A stretch of DNA of 51,997 bases, counting the filler, from Sphacelaria rigidula (Eukaryota): NCBI GenBank assembly GCA_964200075.2. It is 3 parts of 3 records of this genome, joined end to end, with 100 filler letters (N's around TTAATTAATTAA, not from the genome) between each part and the next. Parts side by side here need not be neighbours in the genome. Positions count along the whole stretch, not along the records: positions 17,373 to 34,635 come from CAXNAA020001127.1; positions 34,736 to 51,997 come from CAXNAA020001128.1; 1 more part is not named here. One strand, written 5' to 3'. Below, one piece after another: positions 34,501 to 46,100 of this stretch. The notes beneath the pieces are model-generated. The model was not told where the DNA came from, did not search any database, and saw nothing but the letters and a program-made list of their open reading frames with translations. The position numbers and the translations under genes are program-made. The first letter of the stretch is position 1. Each line of letters opens with the position of its first letter.

Positions 34501-34635
34501 TATTTGTTGCCACTGCCGCCCGTGTACACCAACAATATGTAAACATCGCGGTTGGCAAGTTGCAAAGCAAGAATGAGCAGGGGCATTTGCGCCAACATGC
34601 GCATTCCAGCACTTGCTCTGTGCCGATGTCATGTG

Positions 34636-34735
34636 NNNNNNNNNNNNNNNNNNNNNNNNNNNNNNNNNNNNNNNNNNNNTTAATTAATTAANNNNNNNNN
34701 NNNNNNNNNNNNNNNNNNNNNNNNNNNNNNNNNNN
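34636..34735. other. Assembly gap with artificial linker
   Basis: Identical 100-nt N/TTAATTAATTAA/N construct. Confidence 0.97.
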
Positions 34736-34943
34736 CAGTCAGTTGTGCCGCGGCCGCAAAGTGATGTTGCTGCACTACTTGTGGTTGTACAACAAGGCAT
34801 GTCGTACTGTAGGCGGGCAGTGTCTGAGATGGCACGCAGACGAGACCTCCAGCGCGCAAGGGCGTCGCGCTTGTAGAAAACGTCACAGTTCCGGCTGAGG
34901 TTATTTTACTCTAAAAGCAAGTAAACCGGTTCTCGGTAGAAGA

Positions 34944-35231
34944 ACGCGATTTCACTGCTCAATTTGAAGTTGTTTTCCATGAAATTTTGACACCGTATAC
35001 ATGGGGTATATGTGAATCCCCTACCGGTTGCCCCCTCCTTTTTTTCCTTCCCTCTGGTATGTTACCGGTGATCTAAATTTCGGAACATTTTTTTCTGGTG
35101 AAAAAGCGTCGACAACTCATTTAATATATATATATATCGAGGGGGGACAATAGGAAGTTCAAAACATACCTCATGCGCATCGTGTCGAAATTTCGTGAAA
35201 AAATATCTAAAATTCAACAGCATAACCGCGT
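34944..35231. mobile_element. MITE (about 290 bp), older copy
   Basis: Left ACGCGATTT...GAAATTTTGACAC and right GTGTCGAAATTTC...CGCGT; same layout as 35283-35576. Confidence 0.7.
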
Positions 35232-35282
35232 TTCATTTTTTCGTGGCTGGTTCATCTCCACATAGGAACCAATCTTGGACAC

Positions 35283-35576
35283 GAACACGCGATTTAACAG
35301 CTGAGTTTCAGGTCGTTTTTAACGAAATTTTGACACGATGTACATGATGTATGTGCGAAGATGCCACTTTTCCCCCTCTACTTTTTTTTTTTTCCCGTGA
35401 GTTATCGGCGACTAAACATTTCAGAACAGTTTTTCGGAACAAAATCACGAACAACTTCGAAACAAAAAGAAAACAAAATATGGGGGGAAAAGTGGCGTCT
35501 TGGCACATACATCCCGTACATCGTGTCAAAATTTCATAGAAAACAAGCTTAAACTCAACTGCTAAATCGCGTCTTC
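35283..35576. mobile_element. MITE (about 290 bp) with about 90-bp terminal inverted repeats, better-preserved copy
   Basis: Left arm ACGCGATTTAACAG...GAAATTTTGACACGATGTAC...GCCACTTTTCCCCC is the reverse complement of right arm GGGGGAAAAGTGGC...GTACATCGTGTCAAAATTTC...TAAATCGCGT. Confidence 0.85.
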
Positions 35577-36005
35577 ACATCCCTGTCCGCGTCTTGGGCG
35601 GCCCAGCCTGTACAGCGTAGGGATACTTAGACGCAGCAGAATAACCAGCAATAAGTGATCATTGTCTGCAGTCTCACTACCGTGCCACATGGGAGACCAA
35701 GAACCGAGATACGATCACCTCCAACAGCAAAGGTCTGGCTCTATACAGTAGTACTATTGTATCGTAACACCGGAACGCTTGCCCTATTGTAACAACACCC
35801 TTACTAACAATAATACAAGTAGCACTTGACGTGCCACCCTGTATGGCCGCGAGGTGGCCAACTTTTGTCTCTAAATTTTCTGCTTTTCATCGCAGTGTTC
35901 TGATACATGGGGTTTCATCAACGAGAAAATATGGGCCCAAACTCTTGAGCAGATGGGCACCTTCCCCTTGATTGGACGATTAGTACGATATGATGTACTC
36001 TGTAC

Positions 36006-36143
36006 CTGGCGTCGTTTTGCCCGGAGACTGCGCTTGTTGAAACGTCTCTCGGCAGCACCCACGGCTGCTGCGAGAGCGCGCTGGAACCCCTCTTGCAGAT
36101 CTTGTGATTCCTCCATGGAGTCTTTGATCTGCGCATCACACAT
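36006..36143 (-). CDS. Putative first coding exon of an unidentified gene, divergent from CFAP47
   Basis: ATG at 36143 and 46 codons (MCDAQIKDSMEESQDLQEGFQRALAAAVGAAERRFNKRSLRAKRRQ) ending at a phase-0 donor CAG|GTACAG. No downstream exons identified. Confidence 0.35.
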
Positions 36144-36998
36144 GGATTCGTAGTAGAATAGACAGACTCGTGATGGTTAGAGTAGTGTGCTCATAAGCCA
36201 CGACACAGTCATGCACGTTCGCAGGTATTTGGTTGTAGCTCACAGAGTGGCGGCAGCAAAGCAACGCGCACCCGGGGCTATGAGTAATTTGCATTTGACC
36301 ATCACCACAGGATTGCCGATGAAGACCGTACTGGCCGTTTGATTTCGGGTATTGTATGCTGGTGTTCCAGCGGGCACGACGTGTTTCACGAGAGGCGATC
36401 CACGAAATGTTCATTAACGCATAAGGCAGGCGAGCCACCAAAATGGGCTCCAGTCATCACTGAGTGGCGGTGACGTTTTGGCGATCGTTTCAGCACGCGA
36501 GGCATGCACCCATTCGCGCGGCACACCGCACCTGCTTCTCCAGCTCTCGTTCCATGTCTGCACCCACAACTCGAGGCGAATACAATAGTGTACTCATACC
36601 TAATTCTGCTTCCTATCACAGCTCGTATGAAGCACAGAAGAGCAACATATAGTCGAAGGATAAGATAAACGAGGTCATATCCATCGCATCTCCGTGACGG
36701 CTTGAACCGTCCGAGATTGCCATGTCAGATGTCCACCGCAGGCTCTGAGCCCAAACCTGATACAAGTTTAAGAAAAAAAGGAAAAACAAAGTAGGTAACG
36801 CCTCCTTGTAGATATAAATTCCGCGAAACCGTCATTGTTGTCAAAAATACTCTTGATCCCTCCAATCCCTCCGCGTTTTTTCCTTGACGAGTGGTCGGGT
36901 TTGCTCAGGCTTGCATTGCCTGCCTGCGTGTTCCAGTGCGCATAAGCATGACCGCAGGTGCTGTTCGGAGGCCTCCGACTCTTCCGGGACGTAGCCAT

Positions 36999-37142
36999 AT
37001 GGATTTTAAAAGGAGGAAATCCCAAGGTCTAGCTGGCCCCGAAACGGGGTCAGCGACGGCGCCGAGCGACGGTACAACGATGACTCCGTTGGCTTTGACA
37101 GTCAATCGAGCTGCTCGAGGGATTACCGTCACACCACCAGAA
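36999..37142 (+). CDS. CFAP47: CFAP47 coding exon 1
   Basis: MDFKRRK...GITVTPPE, then donor GAA|GTGAGC, phase 0; the 5' boundary is uncertain. Confidence 0.7.
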
Positions 37143-40100
37143 GTGAGCCTATGAGAGCCCGTACTCCTAGCGGAAGTAGGGAGCTCTATCAGTATTTGGT
37201 CTTCGGGAGTGTATGCTATTTTATCCTCGGTCGCTTCTTGGCGTTTAGTGTATGTATCGATGCTTCCATGGTGGTTACGCTTAATTGGTGCACGAGCAGG
37301 GTGCGCCTCGCCTTCCATCATGTTCCTGAACACCCTATTATATGTACTTGGCTGTCCACAAGAAGATCCTGTCCCGCCGCTCTGTTCCGCCACGTTCATC
37401 GCCATGTCACAAGGGCAGAAGCATAGTAGTACACACTTATACATGTGGCTAGTTGATCTATGGGCTCACATACGCCAATACTAATCCACACAAGGGTCTC
37501 GACGGTGGACACCGCAGTGCTCATATTGTGGAGCATTTTCAGGCGTGGAAACGCACGCGCGCCGATGACAGCACAGCTCAATATGTTCGAGATTAAAATA
37601 TTTGAGACTGAAGCATCACAAAAAAACGAGGAAATACTTCCAAAACCACACGGTGCATATATAGTAAAACTGCTGTTGTATCCCCACTGTACAGTAAGGT
37701 CGAGTCTGTATCATAGCAAATTTGATGAAGAAATCCACACCGAAGAGGAACTAAAAAATACCGAAGTTCCATACTTTTATTGCCTCGCACAGCAACTGCG
37801 ACAGCAATGCTGTGTGTAGAAATGCACCACAGAATAGTACGTATAGTCGATACTTGCATTGGAAATATATAGTCGCACACAACACCAGCCAACAGAAGAC
37901 AGCTTTTACTGTCGGAACGTCTCCTGCGGGCGAGCCAGGCCAGCGCCGGCGGTAAAAAGGGAGCACGATGAAAATTGAATCGCTCAGGCCGAAGAACTTT
38001 TAAAGTATCCAGCATGGCGCGTGCACACATGTATGAAGTACAAAGAAACTCTGAAAACCAAAGGAATCGACAAATCAGAACGCAAACAAAAGACAAAGAA
38101 TCAACGGAAAACACAGCACCAGCGACGGCAAAGCTGTGTGATAAAACACAACATGTCATGAAGTAGCAAGCAAAGTGTAGCCGACTCCTATATTGCAAAT
38201 AAATATGAAAGTCTTTGACACAGCCATCGATACAATGTAACTAACTGCCGTTACGTTGCCCGAGGGCCAGCAAAGGCAAGCACCTACGGCTTACTGAGGG
38301 AAAAAACATCAAAATGAAAATCATTCAGACCGAAGGAATCTAAGAGCAGACGAAACCTCCCAGGATGGTGTGTATACACACTGGATAAGAAGACAAGGCA
38401 ATAATAGAGTGAGTGGGCGTCCCAGGATCTACCGCAAACCGCGAAAGCGATGAGAAATAATAAACCAACTCACAAATATCGAAACAAGACCCACGGTGGA
38501 AAATCTGAAGTCAAAATATTCTCGATAGGGGCAGTGGCAGCGACAGTCCGAGGGGAATACGGATTTCAACGGGCACAGAAAAATGCCTCAGAGCCCGAAA
38601 AAAGGAGAACTGCTGCTTCAGAGCTCTAGAGGCTTCGGCGCGCGATATCACGGGAGAGACAGATGGCGCGGTGAACGAAATTCTGGGAAATAATTGAACG
38701 TTTCGGAACCCCGAAATATATATGTATATATAAAAAACAACTGAATTTCACCCCAAATAAGGAAATCTAGGCACAAGATGGAAATCACCGGGAGAGGAGA
38801 GGAGAGGACAGGACAGGAGAGATTTAGTAAAAAGAACAGTGGAGTCACCTCCAACTTCTAGAGCTCAGAAATCTAGGCGCATGAAACTACAGGAGGGTTG
38901 AATGGGGCAATACGAGGATTTTCAGTTTTTTTAAAAGACTCATGTTTACATGTTCTTTGGGTATTGACCAAACGACGGCAGGTGGTGTTCGAAGACGTAC
39001 GCGCCGGGCTCCTGTTCGTTCTGACCTTTGCCATGCAAAACACAAGCGGGGAATCTCGTCGAATAAAGGTGGTTCCTCCACGTACTCCCGTGTTCAGCGT
39101 CAACTACGAGCCAGTGGGAGGCCTAGCGCCGGGGTTGGACGTGAGGGCCGAGGTGGAGTTCCAGCTACCCGCCGAAGATGAGACAGAGGACCTCGGAAGC
39201 CCGTTCCAGTTTAGCGAAGTAAGCCAGTACACTGACAAGTTTGTGGTCATCTCCGGCAAAGATAAGGCAAGTACTGTGTAGTATATTGGGAGCGAAATCC
39301 ATTTGAATATGTACAGTACACATGAAAGAGGCAAGAATGGGTTTTGATGCCGCATTCGTCGGTGAGGAGCATAAAACTGAACGTGTTGGGTTCCGGCACG
39401 GTATTCAACGATAGTGCTCCGAGGTCCTAACCAGCGCAGCTTGCCCCTCCACGTCCATCTACCGTCGCAATACTAGCGTTGAACTGTCGGAAAAGGCACG
39501 TGCGATATTGTACATACAAAGTGTGTGTTGTCGTCCCCTCTATTCTGGATGCCGGTCTACACCAATCGGTATACTTGGGCGCACCAGCCGGGGTCACACA
39601 GGAGAAAAGCCAACGCAGGAATTTTTTTTTTCTGGCTTGTTTTAGTTCTCCACCTTCCTTCTGCGGTGCTTGCCTTCTTCAGCAATCCCCTTCCCTCGTC
39701 GATCATTAAGTAGAATTTTGTGTACCCACGACATATTTGCTCTCCACTGTTGGGCATTGTGTAAGAAAAAATCCCAGATCGCGCTGAGATTCGAACCCAC
39801 GACCCAACCGTCAGAAGGTTTCGAGGTTACCAACCGAGCCACTGTGGCGACCGGCCATCAAAGTGCAGGCATCTTGTTGTGCGTGTATTGTCCGCACAGC
39901 GGCCGTGGGTGTGATTCTCTATCGTGTCATCGTTCCAAGATAATCGAGCGGGAAGCTGCCCCAACGTGACCGCGGAAACGCACCCGTCCCGCTTGAATCG
40001 CTCACAGCCATTATATTGAACTGTGCTATGCTTTGATCACGCAGTTCAGGCCCGTGCGCATTTCCTGGGTGCACTTGTTCGAACGTGTTCTAGGTAGAAG

Positions 40101-43100
40101 TACCGCTGTTGGCCCGCCGTCCACTACCTGTGATTGTTCACGAACACGTCGTAGAGTTCGGGGCAGTCTCAGACGTGAAGAAGGCGCACGGAGCAATTTC
40201 CTTGGTCAACACGGGCAGCCGTAAGGGTGACTACACTATCAAATGGGACAAGACTTTACCTTTGACTTTCAGTCCCACGGAGGTACGCGAGTCGATCCTG
40301 CCGCAAGTAATAGCCCGGTGAGACCTTGAAGCAGCACGTCTTGAGCATAAGAACTCGACCGCAAGTCTTGTCGAGTTACTAATGTGCTTCTGATTAATCA
40401 GTATATTTAGGGAGTTGTAAGGAGTAGGCAAGGCATTTTGGGAGCATTACTTTTCTGCTAGTTGCTCCCATCAACTTCAAGCTGGTATTGAGAACGAGAG
40501 GGTAGACGAGAGCAAGTAGAACTGGATTCCAAGTAACCACGTCATACATGCACCAAAGTAATGGGAGCAGTCGATTCAGGAGAAGCGCCAATCCTTGATT
40601 GGCCCCATTCGATTGCCGTAGTCGCGACTTAAACACATTCAAAATGTTTATCATCGTCATGTGATACTCGAGTTCACTATATCTACAACGACTGACACCT
40701 TTCAGAGAGCGTCTGAAACAATGAAATTGTGTCAGGCTGACGTGTAAATACTGCCTGTATCCAGTTTTACCGGGCGGTACGAATAATCTTCTGCTGTGTG
40801 TGTCTTTCTGCTATCTATGCATACTAGGACCGTCACGTGTTTGTCCATATTCGTACGATCATACACATCGTGGTGCGAACGTGCTTGCTGTTGGTAATCG
40901 ACAGGGTATTCTGGGTGAAGGACGAAGGTATCGCGACACCGAAGGGTCGCTATCGACCTTGACCACGGAGCAGCAACCATCAAGTGGAAGCAAGGCTCGA
41001 ATCGAGGTTTTTATGCACATAACCTGCTACAATAGTCCTTCATATCCTACCTCTCGAGCTAAGGCATCTAAGACCGGCGCCAATTGTGCAATGCAGAGCG
41101 TTCGAAATACTGTACACTGCTATCCTGGCCATCTTGCTGCCACAAGGAGCAACGCTTGTCCTCGTATCCACGAAAATCCCGTCGATTGATGCGGTATTCC
41201 ATCTCATGCGGTCGCCGTTTTCCTGAAACCGAATATCTATGTCGTGTTGAAAAAAGTAACGGCAACGGCAGGATTATCCAGCTCATGTAGAATCCGTGGA
41301 ATTGTGCCCATGTACCTCAGTTAACTGATCCACGTCGCTGTTTCCTTACGCGGTTGGTAAATATCGGCGTGGTATTTCGTCAGGTCATCTTCGACGCTAA
41401 AAGGTGGAGCGCGAACGAACCGTTCCGAGCCCTGGCAACTGTTATCGTCCCCGGCCAGCACGAAACCGTCATCGACGTTAGTGCCACTGTTTGCGTGCAG
41501 AAGCTGCGTCTTCTCGAAAGCGGTAGGTTTATGCTTGACCCTTATTCTGCTTTGGATGTAGTCATGGAATCCCCGATGCTGTCAATAAACGACTGCATAC
41601 GAAGGTATTAACTTTGGCAGTGGATACGTCGACATATTCGAGGTCTGACATCTGTGATATAGAGCATAAGTCGTTTGAGCATACCGTGTGTAGACATGGT
41701 CCCCCTCCAGCGCTGCATAATAAATTAGCATGGCGAAGTAGCTTGCGGTTTACAAAGACCCTGCACTGCCACCCCAATGCCGGAGAATCATATCGTCTCA
41801 ATGTATCGATGTGCTTTTTCGCAACCTTAAGCCCAAATATGGAAGGAGATGGGAGGAACCCAAGGCGAAATACTGTCCATAGGTGAAGTCGCGGTATACA
41901 GGACAAAAGTAAGAGACATGATAAAAATAAGGGGAAAATGAGCGCTCGGATGCAAAGTAGACGAGGAAGAACACCTGAAGATATATGGGAGGTTGAGAGA
42001 GGGGATGGGGATGAAAACAAATTGCATGGCCCAATGGACGCGGCGAAAAAGTTGAAACTGCGATTTCGGGTGGGGGACCTCGACCTGCCAGAAAGAAGAA
42101 AGAGATTTACCAGTCGTCGAGAGGAGGAGGAAGTACATGCACGGAATTGCCTCTGTGGCAAAGCAATAGAGAGCAGAAGTCATATACTGGCAGAATGTGA
42201 GCTATATAACGAGGAACGGGACGTGCTACAGGGGGAAATGCGGGACGTGAACGAAGGTGGTATGAAATCGTTTGATGCATTAGACAGTAGGGGGAAAACG
42301 ATGGCTATAGTAGGAGATAGATGGCGACCACAGACGGCGAAACAGGACGGGGATAAGATATGTAAAATGTTTTGTGCAATGTACGGAAGAAACGTAATGA
42401 GCACCTAAATGTTGGAGGTGTCTCTATTAGGAGTAGGAACGGAGCTCCGTCTCGAAAGGGATGCGTGGTCAATGGTCGAACGACTTAGGCAAGCAACAAA
42501 TGAATACCCCTCCCCTCTCCAAGCCCGAATCACCACTACACGTGCTTGATTTCTTCTCTGCGATCCATCCCCACTTCTACGACGCTTTTCCCTCGTCCCC
42601 TTTCGACCACACCGGCCCACAATTACGAACGTGCTCATGTGGGGTTTGCATCAGTTTCCAATTCTACATCCGAGCTATCAGCTGCAGAATTCGGAACGCT
42701 TCATTATGGGTGCCGCGGAGAGATCAAGGGTATCCTTTTCAACGATGGGCCAGATTTGGCCCCCTTCATGGCTTCTGTTGAGATGAACAGGGGGCTCGTC
42801 GTCGGTAGTAGCAGTAGCACGGGATCAAGAGGGAGTGAATCGGGCAAGAAAGAGCAGCTTCCATTCGAGGTGAGCCTGACTCCATGGGGGTCTACATCAG
42901 GCGTACGAAAAGAGCGAAAGAGACGGGACGAGAAGGAGATGAAGAGGACGGCGAAAATAGATGAGCGAAATGCGCTCAATGGATACAAGATAGTGTGAAT
43001 GGATCCAAGACCCGATGTAAACACAGCTTGCAACTCAACTTGGGAGATGTGTACCTCCGGTGCCATATAGTGTAGTCATTCGATAATATTGATGATTCCT

Positions 43101-46100
43101 GGTGTCAAGCCGCTCTCTTAATTCGATACTCAGGAAGGGAAATCTTGAATGTTCCTTCTCGTGAAAAAGACTTCGTCAACACACCTGAAAACGCCGTCTT
43201 GAAACGATAAAAAGGGGCTCCTTCTAGTCGGTAGCTGTAGCTGTGTCCCATGGTGCTGTTTCTGCAGAACAAGTGAAAGAGAAATGCCGAAATGAATGGC
43301 CTATGCCCGGGAAATCATTGTGTGTTTCGGCGTCGGTGGAATGTGCGTATCCACTTGAAGAGGCAAGAAGGCTATAAACAGGAATCACTTGCGTTGTCTC
43401 CACGATATTGTGAAAGTACAAGTGGGTGTTCGCCCCCTGTGAAGCGAAGTCTCACCGTGTTCACCTTTCGAGCTAGCTGTATGGTGTTTCTACGTAGACA
43501 ACGAACGACTGATGACGTGGCTTTGACCGCTCGCTTGCCTCCTTCTCCCTCCTCCGCGGTTGTAGGTCTTGACCAAGTTATCCGACTAGCCTGTATGACT
43601 TAGTCATGTGTCAACGTTACTGTGGTTTTTTGGAAACGGGGGTAGATTAACCAATGCGCGCCTCCCACTGAGCACCAGAATGCGTCCCGTACGCCGTTCT
43701 GGTGAATCAAGACGGGTGGTCACCTGTTTGCAGCAGGTGATGACAAAGCGCCCTACGCTTGACTAATGCTGAGATAGCCCCCCCACAAAAAGTGCACCGG
43801 AGACCGTCCGACAAACCGGCTCGTTTGCAGCAATTTCGCCCGCATGAGAGGCGTGTAGCAGTCCGAAATCAGCTACAAGGCCCGAATGAGTCGCGTCGTG
43901 CAGCACAAAACCGCCTCCAACGGCATTTATGATCATCGCCTCCGTGCACGTTTTTGGTCGGTTCGGGGGGGGGCTACCTCGGCAGCAGTCGCTTGTCCTA
44001 CCACCCATTCGCGGATTCTCAATCTCTCCATTATTTCGATGTCTTTTTTTCAGGTGGAGCCTCGGGACGGCACCATTGCTCCGTACGGCCGGCAAGAAGT
44101 CGTGTTTCGATTTCAGCCGAGGTTGCCGCCGCAGCTTAGCGGGTTCAAAGGGGAGGGGTGCAACGAACAGTCTTATCCATCATCCTTTACAGGTACAATA
44201 TTGGTATCTGCGTCGCATGAACCCGAGAACCTTATCATCGTATCACGGGTACATGGTGACAGTTACTTACAGTGCTGATATATCTATGCCGTTTTTCTTC
44301 CCTTGTGTGTGTATGTGCGTGCGTCCTTTCCTTTCATCACCCTAGTCCCTTAGTCGATCGCTTGCCTTTTTTCTCACTCAATCGATTGATTCACCACCAA
44401 ACAGCTGAAGATATGACGTGCTTCGGTTCTTAGCCCTATTTGGTAATCGGGCGGGGAGTTGGATCGCTTCTACTGGCTCGTGATGGCTGGAAATGGGACA
44501 ACGGCATGCCCGTTTCTCTTTCGGAAGTGATAGTTCCAGTCCTGATACAAGCGTTGTTCAGTATCTCTGTGCGTCTAGCCCGGCAGCATGGATCGACTAT
44601 GTTTCCGTGTGTTGCCTGTCGTTAAACACGGGTATCAAACAAAAAAAACACGGTGTAGAGGGTCGACCGCGCGACTGCATCAGAGCACTTGGCTTACTAC
44701 TAGACGAGGTTCGATTCCGTACGTTGGAGGAATCGTCGTTTTGTAGAGCAGCGGATAGAGTTTTTCCGGATATTTTTGCTGGTGGAGGACAGAGAGATCA
44801 TTTCAGAACACTAACATTTTGAGCGTGGGCATGCTGTTTTGGTCCACTCAGGAAGTTTAAGCCCTAGTCACGTCGTTCAGTGTGGCAAGCAGACGTGGAC
44901 TCAAAAGAACGATGCCGGGGTATTCAGAGTCAGACGACACTAACGTGCTGTGTGGATTCCAGTGGAGGTTTGAGAGTGACGGAGAAACCGGTGTGGTCAG
45001 GATATCGGGCTTGTGCGAGCATCTCGTTCTTACGTTTGGGTTAGTTGAGGCTGGCGCAAGCTCAGGCCGGCAGCGTCGGTGGCGGCGGCGACGGATAGCA
45101 CAAAGCAAGTGCAGGTGCCCGAAGACAACTCCGCCTGCCGTATAGACCACAGCCGGCCAGCTCGCAGCTCAGTGTGCGTCCGTCTCATCAGACGTAGACC
45201 CACTTGACGCCTCGTTCTCTGGCGTCTGGTCGTCCCCATCGATAACCTTCTACGTGATGTTTTCGGGGCCTGTTTGCTCGGAGATATTAACCAACGGTGC
45301 TTCATCAAGTCAGGGGTTGGAGCAGTTGGGGCTCCCGGGTCCCGAGGGGGACCGGGATCTCATGAGGGTTGTCTGGGGGCAGCAATACAGCCAGCCGATG
45401 TCCTGGATCGTAAGATGGGTGCAAAGAGTGCTCGTATTGACGGCATGTCGATGCAGCTTGCGGAAAAGTGTGTGCGGAGGGTTGAAGTGTAAAATACGAC
45501 GAAACTTGAAACCAACAGCGAAAGATCCGTGATGTACAACGATATTCATTTTACTTCAGTCTTCAAACACAAAATCGATCGGAAACCCATACATTATACC
45601 CGCCCCCCGCTCCCCCCCCTCATCCCCCCTGCCCTCTCCCTTCCTTTCCCCAACCGTAATCGTGTCGGTTTTCAACACCCCCGACGTAACTTTTGTGCTT
45701 TGCTGCAGGCAAGATTTTGCTGGAACACGCGGAGAGAAAGGGAGACATGGTGGCTCTCGCGCTATCCGGTAGAGGTGTAAAGCCTACCGTGTCTGTAACG
45801 CAGAGGGTTATTCGATTCGGCAGTTGTCCCTGCTATGAGAGGCGAGACATTGCTGTGGGAATAAAGAACATCGGAGAACTGCCCGTGAGGTAACAGCCTT
45901 TAATATCCGCGGCATGCTGCTGAAACGACCGTAGATACTCGAATTTTTGTACCGGTGGTAAATCGCGGTCATGATCTTGAAGCGAAGTTGGAATCATGCG
46001 CGGCAGGTAAAATTCGTTGTGGTTCCGATGCTCCGTTTCTTTTTCACCAGAAAGCGCTCGACAGATCCTTAGCATGGTCCATGATGGGGAGGTACTTCGG

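Noticed and set aside
38617-38870. 14/16 inverted repeat (TTCAGAGCTCTAGAGG / CTTCTAGAGCTCAGAA) bracketing about 250 bp
   Set aside because: It is short, partly self-palindromic, has no TSD and no second copy in the window.
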